Virus record (IMG/VR): IMGVR_UViG_3300032162_000173 | Span: 1 to 60,149 of that record | DNA: 60,149 nt | DNA from: a virus | Taxonomy: Duplodnaviria; Caudoviricetes | Strand: one strand, 5' to 3' | Shown: positions 45,455 to 55,991 of the stretch, piece after piece | How positions within the stretch are numbered: the stretch's first letter is position 1 | Layout: each line of letters begins with the position of its first letter | Position numbers and translations under genes: made by a program | The notes under the pieces: generated by a model | Database searches by the model: none | The model's input: the letters and a program-made list of their open reading frames with translations, nothing else | What the model was told of the DNA's origin: nothing

Positions 45455-48400
45455 ATGTCCGTACGTACCGATGTCATCAATCTTAATGTAAATGTTAACG
45501 GCAACCAGGCCCAGAATCAGTTAAATGATTTGCGCAAAAAAGCTGCAGATACAAAGCTGGAAATGGAAGGCCTTGTAAAGGGTACGCAGGCATTTATAGA
45601 CAAGAAAGCTGACCTCAGCAAGATTACTGCGGAAATGGATGGCCTCAAAAAACAAATTGGCTTTACCGCACTTTCTCAAAAAGAACTTAACCAGGAACTC
45701 ACGAGGCTTAAAGCATTAAAAGGATCTGTTGTCCCTTTTACCAACGAATTTAAAGACCTGCAGGCGCAAATTGAAAAAGTAGAAAGCCGGATATACGACG
45801 TTAAAAACGGGGTACAGGGTTTAGCTTCCTTCTTTTCTAAAATAAAAGACGAGGTAAAACAATTTGGCGTAGCTGCTGCGGCTTATCTCGGTTTTGAATT
45901 TATAACAAATCAGTTTTCAAATATTATTAATGGTGCTGGTAAACTTAGTGACAGCTTAGCTGACATCAGAAAATCTGCAGGTTTATCTGAAGAGGAAATG
46001 GCTGCTTTTAACAAGCAGCTCAAAAGCATTGATACACGTACATCCGCCGAACACCTGAGAGATATTGCTAAAGTTGGCGGACAGCTAGGGATTGCAAAAG
46101 GTGATTTATTGGGATTTACGGCTGCTATAGATAAACTGAATGTAGCGCTGGGAGATGAGTTTGCTGGTGGCGCAGAAGAAATTACCAATGCAGTAGCCAA
46201 GCTGAGAAACACATTTGCCGACATCAGAACCGATAAGGTTGACACTGATTTATTGCATATCGGTAATGCACTCAACGTATTAGGTGCAGCCGGTGTGGCA
46301 ACAGCGCCTGTGGTCAGTGATTTTGCACAAAGGATAGGCGCCGCAGGAAGCATCTATGGTCTCACTGCCGGGCAAACTTTTGGACTGTCTGCCGCCTTTC
46401 AGGAGCTAGGGATAACAGCAGAAAGAGGAAGTACTGCAACAATTAAGCTGCTGCAAAAAATAAGCAAAGCGCCTGAAGATTTTTATGCGATCGCTGCATC
46501 TGTAGATCCCTCTATAAAATCTATTAAACAATTTTCTGATCTTGTAAATACAGATATCAGCAAAGCTTTTTTACTGGTGTCTCAGGGTTTTGCTTCAAGC
46601 AAAGGAAATGCAACTGAATTTGCTAATAAACTGGCCGATGCTGAGGTGGGAAGCGCAGCTATAGCCGAGGTATTAAGTAAAGTAGGTACCAACTCTGCCA
46701 CCGTTTCTGACAAAATTAACCTTGCTACTACCGCCCTTAAAAACCAGGATAGCGTAATAGGAGAATTCAATATTAAAAATCAAACATTTGGAGCGACACT
46801 CGATAAGCTATCCAAAGAATTCAACAGCCTGCTTACAGCACCTGGTGTAACCAACTTTTTGAAAGGCGCTGCTGAAAGTGCTTATAACCTTATACAGTTC
46901 TTAAAAGAGCTTCCTAAGTGGCTGGAAGAAAACAGGACATCCTTAATTATTTTAACCGGTGTTATACTTACTTATGTTGCCGCAAAAACAAGAGCGGCAC
47001 AGTCAACACTTTTGGCCCGGGCAGCAACGTTGTTTGAAACTGCTGCCGATAAAATAGAAGCTGTTCAAAAAGCTGTTAATACTGCACTGACTACAGCCTA
47101 TGCATACGCGAAAGACATTCTTACTGGTAAAATAAAAATCGCCACGGTTGCTCAGCGACTGTGGAATCTCGCATTAGAAGCAAACCCTCTCGGCGTCGTT
47201 GTCGCGGTGGTTTTTGCGCTTGCTGCTGCAATCAGTTATTTGACTTCCAAAGTTGCGCAGCTAACAGCAACGCAGAGAGTTCAGGCTGAATTGCAAAAGA
47301 AAGTAATTGAACTGTCATCGGACGAGGAAGCCAAAGCGCAATCTTTGTTCAAAACGTTACAATCTACTTCACTTGGTTATGAGGCAAAGAAAAAATTATT
47401 AAATGAATTAATAGCTATTAATCCCGAATACCTGAAAGGTCTGACACTGGAAAATATAAGGACACAGGAAGGAGCAGAAATAATGAAAAATTATATTAAA
47501 AACCTTCGTGAAGTCAACCAGGAAAAAGCAAGACAATCAATAATACAGGAAAAAGAAAAGAAGGTAATTGAGCTCACAGGAGAAGCAAGCGAGTCCAAAA
47601 CAAAACTTCAGCAAAAAGGTTCCTCATCTCAAACAGGAATTATATTAAAGAATGCTTTATTTGGACCTGACGAAGACGCCAAAAAACTCGTAGAAAAGAA
47701 TAATGAAATCAAAAAGTTAAATGACGAGTTGACTATTTTATATCAAGACCATGCAAAAGCAGTTGAAAAAAATGTAAAAAAAGCTTCTGATTCAACAAGC
47801 AAAATAACTTCAGATTCTACATCTCGTACTATAAAATCTATTCAGGACCAGATAAAAGCCTTAAATGAAGCCTATGAAAATATTGACATAACAGATAAAA
47901 ATGCATTGAGAAAAAACTTTGATGAAAGGAAAAAACTGCAGGATGAGTTGGATGCGCTTAATGGAAAAACTTCAGGAGAAAAAAAGGATGACCAAACCCT
48001 GAAACAGGCCCAGGAATTCTATAAAAAACTGCAGGAATTAAAGTTTCATGCTGAAGAAGCGGCAAAGTCTAAAGATCAGCAGGAGATTGACAATGTAAAG
48101 CACAAGTATGTTGAACTGCTTAAAGAGTATGATCATTTCGCTGCCAGTTTAAAAGGAAAAGCCAAAAGTATACTCGGTAACCGTGAAGATATTACCAAAG
48201 CTGAACAGGCCGAGCTGAACGCACTGGGTGAAAAACAACGCAAAGAAGCTTTTGAAAAAGAGCAGAAAGAGATAAAGGATAATCTTACTAAAGCGTATAC
48301 AAGCCAGCAACAGTCCACCCAAGTATTTTACGAAGACCAAAAAAATAAGCAGGCACAACGCTTTGTTAACGGTGAGATAAGCAAAGCAGATTACGAGGCT

Positions 48401-49858
48401 AATATCAGGCAGGTTGATATTCAAAGCAAGCAAGATCAGTTGCAGGCCGCAGAAGAATTTTCCAGCCTTACCGTAACGATTGAAGGTAAAATTTTGCCGG
48501 CCGCAGAGCAGGCTGCTAAAGATGTAACCAGGTTAAAGAAAGAGCAACTTGACAAGCAGACAAATGATCTCGTAAAATCGCTCGAAGACCAAAAAGCCGA
48601 AAGAGCCTTAATGGAAGACTTGCGCAACAGCGGAAAAGAATCTGTCATTCAGACAAAAATTGCCGTCGCTTATTCCAAAAAAGACAACGACGGTTATTTT
48701 GCCGCACAAAAAGACCTTGCCGACCACCAGCGGCAAATGAAGTCCGACGCCCTGGAAAAAGAAGCGGACGATGAAAGAGCAAAGCTATCCTCAACGGGGG
48801 CGGAGCGTGAAGCCGCAGAATTATTAATACGGACAAATCTTCGTCAAAAATTAGAGCAGGTAGACGCGGAATTTGATGCTGCCGAAAAGCAGATTGAAGC
48901 TGATAAGATTACAGCCAAAGTAGATGCCGTAATGAAGTATGTAGATGCTTACATGACTGCCGCAAGCTCATTAAGCAACTTCCTGAACACGCTTGAAAAC
49001 CGGCAACTGCAGAATGAAGTAAACCGCAATAATAAAAAGAAAGCCGAGTATAAAAAACAGTTAGACAGCAAGCTTCTCAGCCAGGAACAGTACAACCTGA
49101 AGACTCAAAAACTGGACGATGAAAGTGAGACGAAGAAAAAGGAAATAGCCAGGCAGCAGGCCAAGCGTGACAAAGCTTTAAATATTTTCAGTGCGATCGT
49201 AAACACCAGCGCTGCCATCATCAAGATGTTAGCCGATCCCGGCGGGTTTGCAGGTGTGGCTTTATCCATTGCTGCCGGCATCACCGGCCTTGCGCAAATA
49301 GGCAGCATCATTGCCACACCACTACCCGAGCTCGGCACCGGTGGCCTGTTAGACTCAGGTCCATATCACCGGGAGAAAGAAAGAGGGCTGCACGTAGTGG
49401 ATCCCCGCACCGGTAAAACAAAAATGCTGCTCGAGAAAGATGAAGCTGTGCTGACCGGCCGGGCTATGCGCAGCAATGACCAGTTGACAGTTACGGGTAC
49501 ACCGTCACAAATTGCCAGCCGTATAAACAGCCGCTACGGCGGCGTCAATTGGGCAGGTGGCGCAGTGGTAGAGATGCCTAAGTGGCGAACAGAGAGACCA
49601 GTATACATAAACCCCAACATGCCCCGCATCATGGAGCAGGGCGGCCTCATAAGGCCGATAGACGGCAACACGAGCGCCGGCAATGACAACGCTGAGACAA
49701 ATGGCCTGTTACGGCAACTAATAAGCGAACAGCAGCAAACAAGGGCAGAAGTAAAGAACTGGAAAGTTAATAACAGGAATTATGTGTTGCTGAAAGATAT
49801 TGATGAAAAAAGGGCGAAGTATGAGTTGGCTAAGAAGGCCAGCGGGTTAAATCAATGA
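45455..49858 (+). CDS. Tail tape measure protein
   Basis: 1467 aa, helical and Ala-rich. LADIRKSAGLS...IDTRTS TP901-type core and ANPLGVVV motif. Confidence 0.92.
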   Translation: MSVRTDVINLNVNVNGNQAQNQLNDLRKKAADTKLEMEGLVKGTQAFIDKKADLSKITAEMDGLKKQIGFTALSQKELNQELTRLKALKGSVVPFTNEFKDLQAQIEKVESRIYDVKNGVQGLASFFSKIKDEVKQFGVAAAAYLGFEFITNQFSNIINGAGKLSDSLADIRKSAGLSEEEMAAFNKQLKSIDTRTSAEHLRDIAKVGGQLGIAKGDLLGFTAAIDKLNVALGDEFAGGAEEITNAVAKLRNTFADIRTDKVDTDLLHIGNALNVLGAAGVATAPVVSDFAQRIGAAGSIYGLTAGQTFGLSAAFQELGITAERGSTATIKLLQKISKAPEDFYAIAASVDPSIKSIKQFSDLVNTDISKAFLLVSQGFASSKGNATEFANKLADAEVGSAAIAEVLSKVGTNSATVSDKINLATTALKNQDSVIGEFNIKNQTFGATLDKLSKEFNSLLTAPGVTNFLKGAAESAYNLIQFLKELPKWLEENRTSLIILTGVILTYVAAKTRAAQSTLLARAATLFETAADKIEAVQKAVNTALTTAYAYAKDILTGKIKIATVAQRLWNLALEANPLGVVVAVVFALAAAISYLTSKVAQLTATQRVQAELQKKVIELSSDEEAKAQSLFKTLQSTSLGYEAKKKLLNELIAINPEYLKGLTLENIRTQEGAEIMKNYIKNLREVNQEKARQSIIQEKEKKVIELTGEASESKTKLQQKGSSSQTGIILKNALFGPDEDAKKLVEKNNEIKKLNDELTILYQDHAKAVEKNVKKASDSTSKITSDSTSRTIKSIQDQIKALNEAYENIDITDKNALRKNFDERKKLQDELDALNGKTSGEKKDDQTLKQAQEFYKKLQELKFHAEEAAKSKDQQEIDNVKHKYVELLKEYDHFAASLKGKAKSILGNREDITKAEQAELNALGEKQRKEAFEKEQKEIKDNLTKAYTSQQQSTQVFYEDQKNKQAQRFVNGEISKADYEANIRQVDIQSKQDQLQAAEEFSSLTVTIEGKILPAAEQAAKDVTRLKKEQLDKQTNDLVKSLEDQKAERALMEDLRNSGKESVIQTKIAVAYSKKDNDGYFAAQKDLADHQRQMKSDALEKEADDERAKLSSTGAEREAAELLIRTNLRQKLEQVDAEFDAAEKQIEADKITAKVDAVMKYVDAYMTAASSLSNFLNTLENRQLQNEVNRNNKKKAEYKKQLDSKLLSQEQYNLKTQKLDDESETKKKEIARQQAKRDKALNIFSAIVNTSAAIIKMLADPGGFAGVALSIAAGITGLAQIGSIIATPLPELGTGGLLDSGPYHREKERGLHVVDPRTGKTKMLLEKDEAVLTGRAMRSNDQLTVTGTPSQIASRINSRYGGVNWAGGAVVEMPKWRTERPVYINPNMPRIMEQGGLIRPIDGNTSAGNDNAETNGLLRQLISEQQQTRAEVKNWKVNNRNYVLLKDIDEKRAKYELAKKASGLNQ

Positions 49859-49885
49859 GCCCACAGCCCTAAAGGGAGTCTCCAT

Positions 49886-49920
49886 GTCCTTTTTTCAGTT
49901 GCGACGTCAGCTCATTTTTG
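49886..49920 (+). promoter_or_regulatory. Putative late promoter
   Basis: GTCCTTT at 49886 and CATTTTTG at 49913. Confidence 0.65.
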
Positions 49921-49957
49921 ATACATCCCAATACCCCCCTTTAGGGGTTGGGGGACT

Positions 49958-51769
49958 ATGCTTCAAATCTACCTATACGGCCCTGATGAATCCGGCTTCC
50001 TCGACCTGGCTCCCGGAACGGTTCTCGATATCGAAAGTCTTTCAGAACCTTTTGATGAAGACCTCAGCACCGGCGAATTTTCTTTGCCTATTGATTTTCC
50101 CTGGACGGAAAATAACCGCCGTCTTACAGGTTTTGCCGAGCGCCTTGAAAACTTTGGCAAGAAAGAGAAGTCGTGGCGCGTGACCGTTTACAACGATCTG
50201 TTTCCCGAACTGCCTTCGGCAATCCTTACCATTTTAGAAAAAAGCGGATCGTTTTCGTACCAACGAGGAAGCTTCAGCGCCACGATCAGCGGCAGCAAAG
50301 GGATTTTTGGTTCCTTAATAAAAAACAAAACGTTGCAGGACCTGCGGTTAGGCGGGGTAATTACCTGGCAAAATATAGATAGCCGTACGTTTGCATTTAA
50401 CACCATGCAGGGTAATTACCCTCAATATCCATATCTCGCTTTTGCGCCGGTAGCTATAGAAGATTTTTTCGCTTCAAGTGATACGAGTTCTCCGGATGCA
50501 GAATTTTTGGCTAGGGATACGGTCAACACGGTTATCCTTACCGGTTCGGGCTATACATTTGGCCGCCCGCAGAGCGCCAATGCAGGATTGCCTGCACCGG
50601 CAGGTAATCCGGAATACATGAATTACCGAACCGTTCCTTTTTTTAACCTGAAATATGTATTTCGGCAGGCAATTGAGCAATTTGGGTTTACAGTATCGGG
50701 CGACTTTTTAGACGGTACCGACTTCGACGATCTGTATATTTTTAACCAGTACGGCATCGAGAATTACGCCCCCACTATTGCCCAGGATTTTAACCGGTCC
50801 ATTACCCCGTCGAACCACCTGCCCAAAATGTCCGTTGCAGACTTCATCAAAAGCATTCTTGGCCTGTTTAATATTTATGCCGGCTTCGCCGGTGTCAACC
50901 AACTGCAGTTGCACTACCGCAAAAAAGACCTGGTAAACCGAAAAATACTTAGCCTGAATAATATCTGTAGCAGCCAGTTCAGCAGCGCTTACGAAAATGC
51001 CGGCAGCACAGAAAACGGGTACAAACTCAACTATATTGTTGACAGCAATGACAGCTATTTTGGCGAACAGGTTAAAGACCTGAATGATAAAACAGTGGTA
51101 GCCACCTTGGCAACTATAGCCGGCCTCGCCGCCATAAACGCCGGCCGCCAGCTCACAACAGACGATATTGCTTTTGTAGAGTCTGAAAACCTGTATTACA
51201 TTGTGGCAGATGCCACTGCATCACCGGTTAAATGGGAAGTATATGCAGAGCGACTCAATGCTTATGTATCAGGCAATGGTGACCGGTCTGTAGAATTCAA
51301 TATAAGTACGTTATGCACATACGTTGAAGAAAACACAACAACCGGCCTGCGGGAGAAGAGAAATTATGTTGGCTGCAAACAACCAGGCAGCTACATCAGC
51401 AACAAAGGCATAAAAGTGGTCAACGATTTTGGCCTGCGGATTTTTTATATTAAGAAAAGAAGCATCAATAACATTGAAATACCGGTGAGCTTCAATCACA
51501 GCCGTGACGTGGTCAATAACAACATTGTTCCTTACAGCTTAGCCTGGCAGGGCGCAGATGGCATGGCCAAAAGCTTTCACCAGGTGTGGCAGGACATGAA
51601 GGAAAATATGCAAATCGTAAAAACCAGCATACAGACAGACCAAAAGGTGATGCAGGAGCTAAAAGAAAACAACTGCTACGAAATTAATAATGTGCTGTAC
51701 CTGCCATATAAAACGTACCCAACGATACCATTAGGCAAAGACATGGAGATTGATTTGGTGGCTTTGTAG
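49958..51769 (+). CDS. Tail tip/baseplate hub-like protein
   Basis: Follows the tape measure. FSLPIDFPWTENNRR and HLPKMSVADFIKSI motifs. Confidence 0.65.
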   Translation: MLQIYLYGPDESGFLDLAPGTVLDIESLSEPFDEDLSTGEFSLPIDFPWTENNRRLTGFAERLENFGKKEKSWRVTVYNDLFPELPSAILTILEKSGSFSYQRGSFSATISGSKGIFGSLIKNKTLQDLRLGGVITWQNIDSRTFAFNTMQGNYPQYPYLAFAPVAIEDFFASSDTSSPDAEFLARDTVNTVILTGSGYTFGRPQSANAGLPAPAGNPEYMNYRTVPFFNLKYVFRQAIEQFGFTVSGDFLDGTDFDDLYIFNQYGIENYAPTIAQDFNRSITPSNHLPKMSVADFIKSILGLFNIYAGFAGVNQLQLHYRKKDLVNRKILSLNNICSSQFSSAYENAGSTENGYKLNYIVDSNDSYFGEQVKDLNDKTVVATLATIAGLAAINAGRQLTTDDIAFVESENLYYIVADATASPVKWEVYAERLNAYVSGNGDRSVEFNISTLCTYVEENTTTGLREKRNYVGCKQPGSYISNKGIKVVNDFGLRIFYIKKRSINNIEIPVSFNHSRDVVNNNIVPYSLAWQGADGMAKSFHQVWQDMKENMQIVKTSIQTDQKVMQELKENNCYEINNVLYLPYKTYPTIPLGKDMEIDLVAL

Positions 51770-51775
51770 AAATAT

Positions 51776-52030
51776 TCAGGCAGGTGAAGACAAGTAAGCG
51801 CCCAGTTCTTTTCCTAACGATTCAAGCAAATCATTTCTTACATAGATATCTGATAGCCATTTACCTTTTATTTTAGTAAAATAAAATTCGGGCGGCTGCT
51901 GATAATAGTGATAAGGCCAGGCAGTTACAGGATTTGCAAAATAGACATTAGTGTCCACCTCCAATATTCGGTATCCGGTAACCGGAAATTCTACTGATAC
52001 ATACAGTGTTTGAAAAATAAATTCCATCAA
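51776..52030 (-). CDS. Hypothetical protein
   Basis: Convergent ORF at the end of the tail module. Confidence 0.45.
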   Translation of the reverse strand: MMEFIFQTLYVSVEFPVTGYRILEVDTNVYFANPVTAWPYHYYQQPPEFYFTKIKGKWLSDIYVRNDLLESLGKELGAYLSSPA

Positions 52031-52316
52031 AAGTGTTTGTATGCTTGATATGCAACTATTTTGTAAGGTTTTTTAAAGCTTTTTCAAAAGACATTTCTCC
52101 GTTCATCATCAGCAACAATGCAAGACTTACCTTTTCCTTGCATTTATCGCATGCATGCACTCCTCTCAGGTCGGGGTCATTGCCAAATTTTACCGTAGCC
52201 GGTTGTCCGCATTGAACACACGTTGCTGTCATAATTTTAATTGCACTTATTTAATCTTACAAGTATAACCTTAAAACCTTGATAGCGCCATATTTTGTTT
52301 TGTAAATTATATATAT

Positions 52317-52667
52317 TTGAGTTTTTTTATAAGATGTAGTACCACTATGGAAAACTTAATAACAGATAAAATAGAATTGACTATTCATCTTATAGGTGAA
52401 AAAAGAGGCACAGGTGGCATAATTAAGGCCCGTGAACGGATTGTAATGAAAAACGGCGATGTAGTCTATAAAGACTGGGAAGCATATCCTTATTTTTTAA
52501 GAGTTAAGCGAACAAGTAATCTTTTAGATGATTTTACAAGGCACGTTTCACTTCTTAAAGAGGCTCAACCCGCTAAAGATGGCAGCGGCGATAGCGGAAA
52601 TTTTATTAGCCTGCTCAAGATGATCCGCGTCAAGCTGCTTCTTAAGGTTATCAACTTCATACATTAG
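52317..52667 (+). CDS. Hypothetical protein
   Basis: ORF in the moron region. Confidence 0.4.
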   Translation: MSFFIRCSTTMENLITDKIELTIHLIGEKRGTGGIIKARERIVMKNGDVVYKDWEAYPYFLRVKRTSNLLDDFTRHVSLLKEAQPAKDGSGDSGNFISLLKMIRVKLLLKVINFIH

Positions 52668-52778
52668 CTTCTTTATATTGTTTTCAAAATGTTCCTCCTG
52701 TGCAACAAAGCCTCCTTCATTTGAGAAATTCTGTATATTTGGGTCTATTGCGTTTCTTAATGCAAAAAATTTACTTCA

Positions 52779-52985
52779 ATGTCAACTCAAAATTGTAAGG
52801 TGCGGCGTCTTCAAAACGATGAGCTGTTTGCAATTGATCATAACCTTACTAATAATATTAATAATGTGCTTATGGCATTGGATGGCCTGCCTTTTCAAAA
52901 AGCAGTAATCGTTGCCGACTTAGCCATTCGTGCATTGAAAGACACAGTCGCTATAAGGTTAGAATATTGTCAGAATGATGAGTGA
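52779..52985 (+). CDS. Hypothetical protein
   Basis: Small ORF in the moron region. Confidence 0.4.
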   Translation: MSTQNCKVRRLQNDELFAIDHNLTNNINNVLMALDGLPFQKAVIVADLAIRALKDTVAIRLEYCQNDE

Positions 52986-53031
52986 AACGAATTTTAACTA
53001 TCGGTCCTTTCAAATTTTTTATTAATTTTCT

Positions 53032-53931
53032 TCACATATCTTCAAGTGCATCATAAAGGTCATACTCATGAACAATTACCAGAGGCAAGCCATTTTTCCT
53101 ATGAGTCATTGCTTCCTCGATCTTTCTTCCATAACATGTAAAAGCCCAGCAACTATTTTTTTCGTCGCAAACAATTAAATAATTAAGCTTTTTACTTATA
53201 TTATCTACTACGTATCCCCCATATAATTCTATTTTTTCAGCAATCTCTTTTCGTTTAAACTTTTTAGATAAACCTGTTATACAAAAGGTTTTTTCAGCAA
53301 TTGTAATACTGGGCTCTATTTGATAGAAACCTGTCTTTAATAAAGCAAGTAAAGCCATGTTAGAATTATCAGCTTTACCGACAACGGCTTTTGCAAAATT
53401 TATAAAAGTTTCATGCTCTTCTTTAGTTATAATACGATCCTGGATTATACTTGTAGTAACGTTATAAATTTCATCATAGGGCCAGCTATTTCTCAAATAA
53501 TCATTTTCTTCAAGCCAGTTATCTAAATATGTAAGTTCTTTTAAATTGATTTGTTCATCTATTGCGATGCCTTGCAAAATGCCGGTAAGTCTCTGTATGC
53601 CTGAAGTAACAACATTATAATAACCGATCTTTTCTATATATTGATTGCAATACCAACAGATATCTCTACATTCTTCATCGGTTAAGATATTGTCTGCGAT
53701 TGCCTCTCTAATTAATCCTATTATCTCTTTGTAAGGTTGCTTTTCTTCATATATTCTGTTATACTGAATCCATCCAGTAAGCTCTGCGTGTTCTCGAGGT
53801 GTAATTACACTGTCGCTTTGAATACCAGCCAGAATGCCTGTCAGTGTTCTTAAATCCTTTTCTATGACTGAAGGATTAGAAAATTTAAAATGGGAATTAG
53901 TGTCAAACTCATTAAATTTTTTAGTATCCAT
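53032..53931 (-). CDS. BRCT-domain protein with two repeated helical N-terminal domains
   Basis: C-terminal FCITG...RKEIAEKIELYGG.VVDNISKKLNYLIV...GRKIEEA...IVHE is a BRCT. L.GIL.GI..D..I occurs twice. Confidence 0.8.
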   Translation of the reverse strand: MDTKKFNEFDTNSHFKFSNPSVIEKDLRTLTGILAGIQSDSVITPREHAELTGWIQYNRIYEEKQPYKEIIGLIREAIADNILTDEECRDICWYCNQYIEKIGYYNVVTSGIQRLTGILQGIAIDEQINLKELTYLDNWLEENDYLRNSWPYDEIYNVTTSIIQDRIITKEEHETFINFAKAVVGKADNSNMALLALLKTGFYQIEPSITIAEKTFCITGLSKKFKRKEIAEKIELYGGYVVDNISKKLNYLIVCDEKNSCWAFTCYGRKIEEAMTHRKNGLPLVIVHEYDLYDALEDM

Positions 53932-54018
53932 ATCACATATTTATGTGGTTACAAATTAAAATATTAGTACTTCAATGTTTCGTCTTTATAAAGAAAATTA
54001 TAATGACTGATTTTTGCT

Positions 54019-54609
54019 CTAAGTGTCCGTTTCTATCCGATTGCCCCTTTTCTTTAAAGCCTTCAGCAGTGCAGCGCCTTTACTGTCAACAGTTCGCTTC
54101 AGACTTCGATGATTGTCCGGAGAAAGAAGCTCCAAAACCTGGTCACGAAAAGCCTGACCCATCGCTACCATCGTTAACTGATTTCCTAAAACGTCACTTA
54201 AATCTTTTTGTACCTGTGCTATTAATTGCTGATGCTCTTTTGCCTTCTCTTTGAGCAACTGGTTGTTTTCTTCTAACTGTTGGTAAAATCTATCTTTAAA
54301 ACCTTCATTCGTTACCGGGTGATCTGCCTCTGCAGTTACAGTTTCGTTATGTTCCGGGTTGTAATTTTCAATGGCTTTTATGGATTGATTTTTGAGCATT
54401 TCACCTTCGCCGGTTAACAGCCAAGTTGGGTTTGATTCTGGATAAACATTTTTAATTTTTCCAATTACCTTACTTGTTATACCACTGGTATCTTTCATAT
54501 TACTAATAGCACCTCTTGATAGACCTATTTTTGATTCAAATGCAGTTTGTCCAAGTTTCAGACTTTTAATAAATTTAATTAATCTTTTTTTTGGACTTTC
54601 GATCTGCAT
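54019..54609 (-). CDS. CI-like repressor (XRE HTH, no S24 peptidase domain seen)
   Basis: FESKIGLSRGAISNM...NPTWLLTGEGEM. Divergent from a Cro-like gene. Confidence 0.85.
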   Translation of the reverse strand: MQIESPKKRLIKFIKSLKLGQTAFESKIGLSRGAISNMKDTSGITSKVIGKIKNVYPESNPTWLLTGEGEMLKNQSIKAIENYNPEHNETVTAEADHPVTNEGFKDRFYQQLEENNQLLKEKAKEHQQLIAQVQKDLSDVLGNQLTMVAMGQAFRDQVLELLSPDNHRSLKRTVDSKGAALLKALKKRGNRIETDT

Positions 54610-54801
54610 CTTTACTGAATATTTTAAGTATTTTTGTTTTTATTATGTTCAAAATAAATTATGTTATTAATATAAGCCTTACTGGCGATCCAGACAACCT
54701 TACTAAAGAACTCAGAAGGCCTTTATTGAAAATATTAGACGAGTTATATGCAAAGGGTTCCAAGCTTTCAATAACATATCATGACAGTTCTTCTGATAAT
54801 C

Positions 54802-55032
54802 TCACTGTTGAAGAAGCTTAGTTATCTTAGTGGCCAAACTCGTCTCAAACATGCTTGAAAAAGCTTTTCCAGATTTAAAAACTGATATAATTCCTTTCGG
54901 ATCTTCCGATATTTGATCTTCTAGTGGTTTTAGCTTAGCAACCACTTTTTCTATAATTGACCGGCTTTCATCATCCGTCAATTCTGAGTATGAATGCCCT
55001 TCAAACTCTATTTTTTCAAAAATTCTTTTCAT
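54802..55032 (-). CDS. Hypothetical protein upstream of the repressor
   Basis: ORF on the repressor strand. Confidence 0.5.
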   Translation of the reverse strand: MKRIFEKIEFEGHSYSELTDDESRSIIEKVVAKLKPLEDQISEDPKGIISVFKSGKAFSSMFETSLATKITKLLQQ

Positions 55033-55091
55033 TCTTTTTATTTTTAGCGGTACTATAAATGTTATTGTTAAGTATTATTAAAATAAATATA

Positions 55092-55136
55092 TTAAAATAT
55101 TCAGTAAAATATTTGGTTACTGATTTTTTTTAAGTA
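55092..55136. promoter_or_regulatory. Candidate repressor operators in the divergent switch
   Basis: TTAAAATATTCAGTAAA (55092-55108) is the reverse complement of TTTACTGAATATTTTAA (54611-54627). Related TTACTGATTTTTTTTAAGTA at 55117-55136. Confidence 0.5.
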
Positions 55137-55157
55137 GCTTTACTTTGTAATTATACC

Positions 55158-55439
55158 GTGCAATTAAGCATGGTAAATATAAGGAAAGCTATGCAAATAC
55201 TTACGCTTAAACAACAATACTTAGATGCTATCAGAAAAGACCCTATTCTTCAGGGCGCTTTAGCTGCAGCGAATCGGGTAAGCACTTATACCATCGACAA
55301 GTGGAGACGTGAGAACGACGACAGCCTCACTACAGCTACCAGTCTTGGTATAATACGCGAACGGCTCAAATTGAATAATTCCATTGAACTGACAGAGCCT
55401 CAGGAATTCAATACAGAGGTCGAAAACGTGCATTCTTAA
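55158..55439 (+). CDS. Cro-like HTH protein
   Basis: LAAANRVSTYTIDKWRR HTH; first gene divergent from CI. Confidence 0.65.
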   Translation: MQLSMVNIRKAMQILTLKQQYLDAIRKDPILQGALAAANRVSTYTIDKWRRENDDSLTTATSLGIIRERLKLNNSIELTEPQEFNTEVENVHS

Positions 55440-55528
55440 CATCCGGTAAAAGTGAAAAACCAAAACTTAATTATTTCTATAATAAAGTATAAATACCCTT
55501 AACAAAAAATCACTTAAAAAAACCAAAG

Positions 55529-55942
55529 ATGTTAACCTTATTCAAAATCAAATGCAGGCATTTTATAGAAAATGATATAGAGCTGCCGCCCAAAAGCTTC
55601 TTTGTAAAAAATGAAACTTCTGTACGCCTTTGCTACAGCTACAAGACCGGCATAAAATATATACACCTGACCACACCTTTGGAAGTGGCTGCATTTTGGA
55701 AAAAACACGGGCTTATAAAAACCTACGCCGTGAAAGGCGACGTGGTAAAGATGTTTATTAAAAAGTTTGAAACCATTTGCGGCCCGAAGGGCGAACCGGT
55801 GCAGAAGGAAAGCCTTGTATCGCTTGAGTGGGATGATATAGAGCTGACGCCGGGCCAGGTTCAGACTTTTGCCGCGGTGCACGAGATGGAAAATAATAAG
55901 GATCTGATGAGATTTATTAAGGAAATCTTTAAGGCTGCATAA
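55529..55942 (+). CDS. Hypothetical early protein
   Basis: ORF in the early operon. Confidence 0.55.
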   Translation: MLTLFKIKCRHFIENDIELPPKSFFVKNETSVRLCYSYKTGIKYIHLTTPLEVAAFWKKHGLIKTYAVKGDVVKMFIKKFETICGPKGEPVQKESLVSLEWDDIELTPGQVQTFAAVHEMENNKDLMRFIKEIFKAA

Positions 55943-55991
55943 AGAACTAATAAAATTTATACTATAACGCACTTGTACAAACTTTCAAAAA

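Noticed and set aside
45910-49338. Numerous minus-strand ORFs inside the tape measure and other long genes
   Set aside because: Antisense shadows of well-supported plus-strand genes with no recognisable motifs.
49884-50183. ORF overlapping the start of the tail gene
   Set aside because: It spans a promoter and a palindromic repeat and overlaps the 603-aa gene out of frame; probably spurious.
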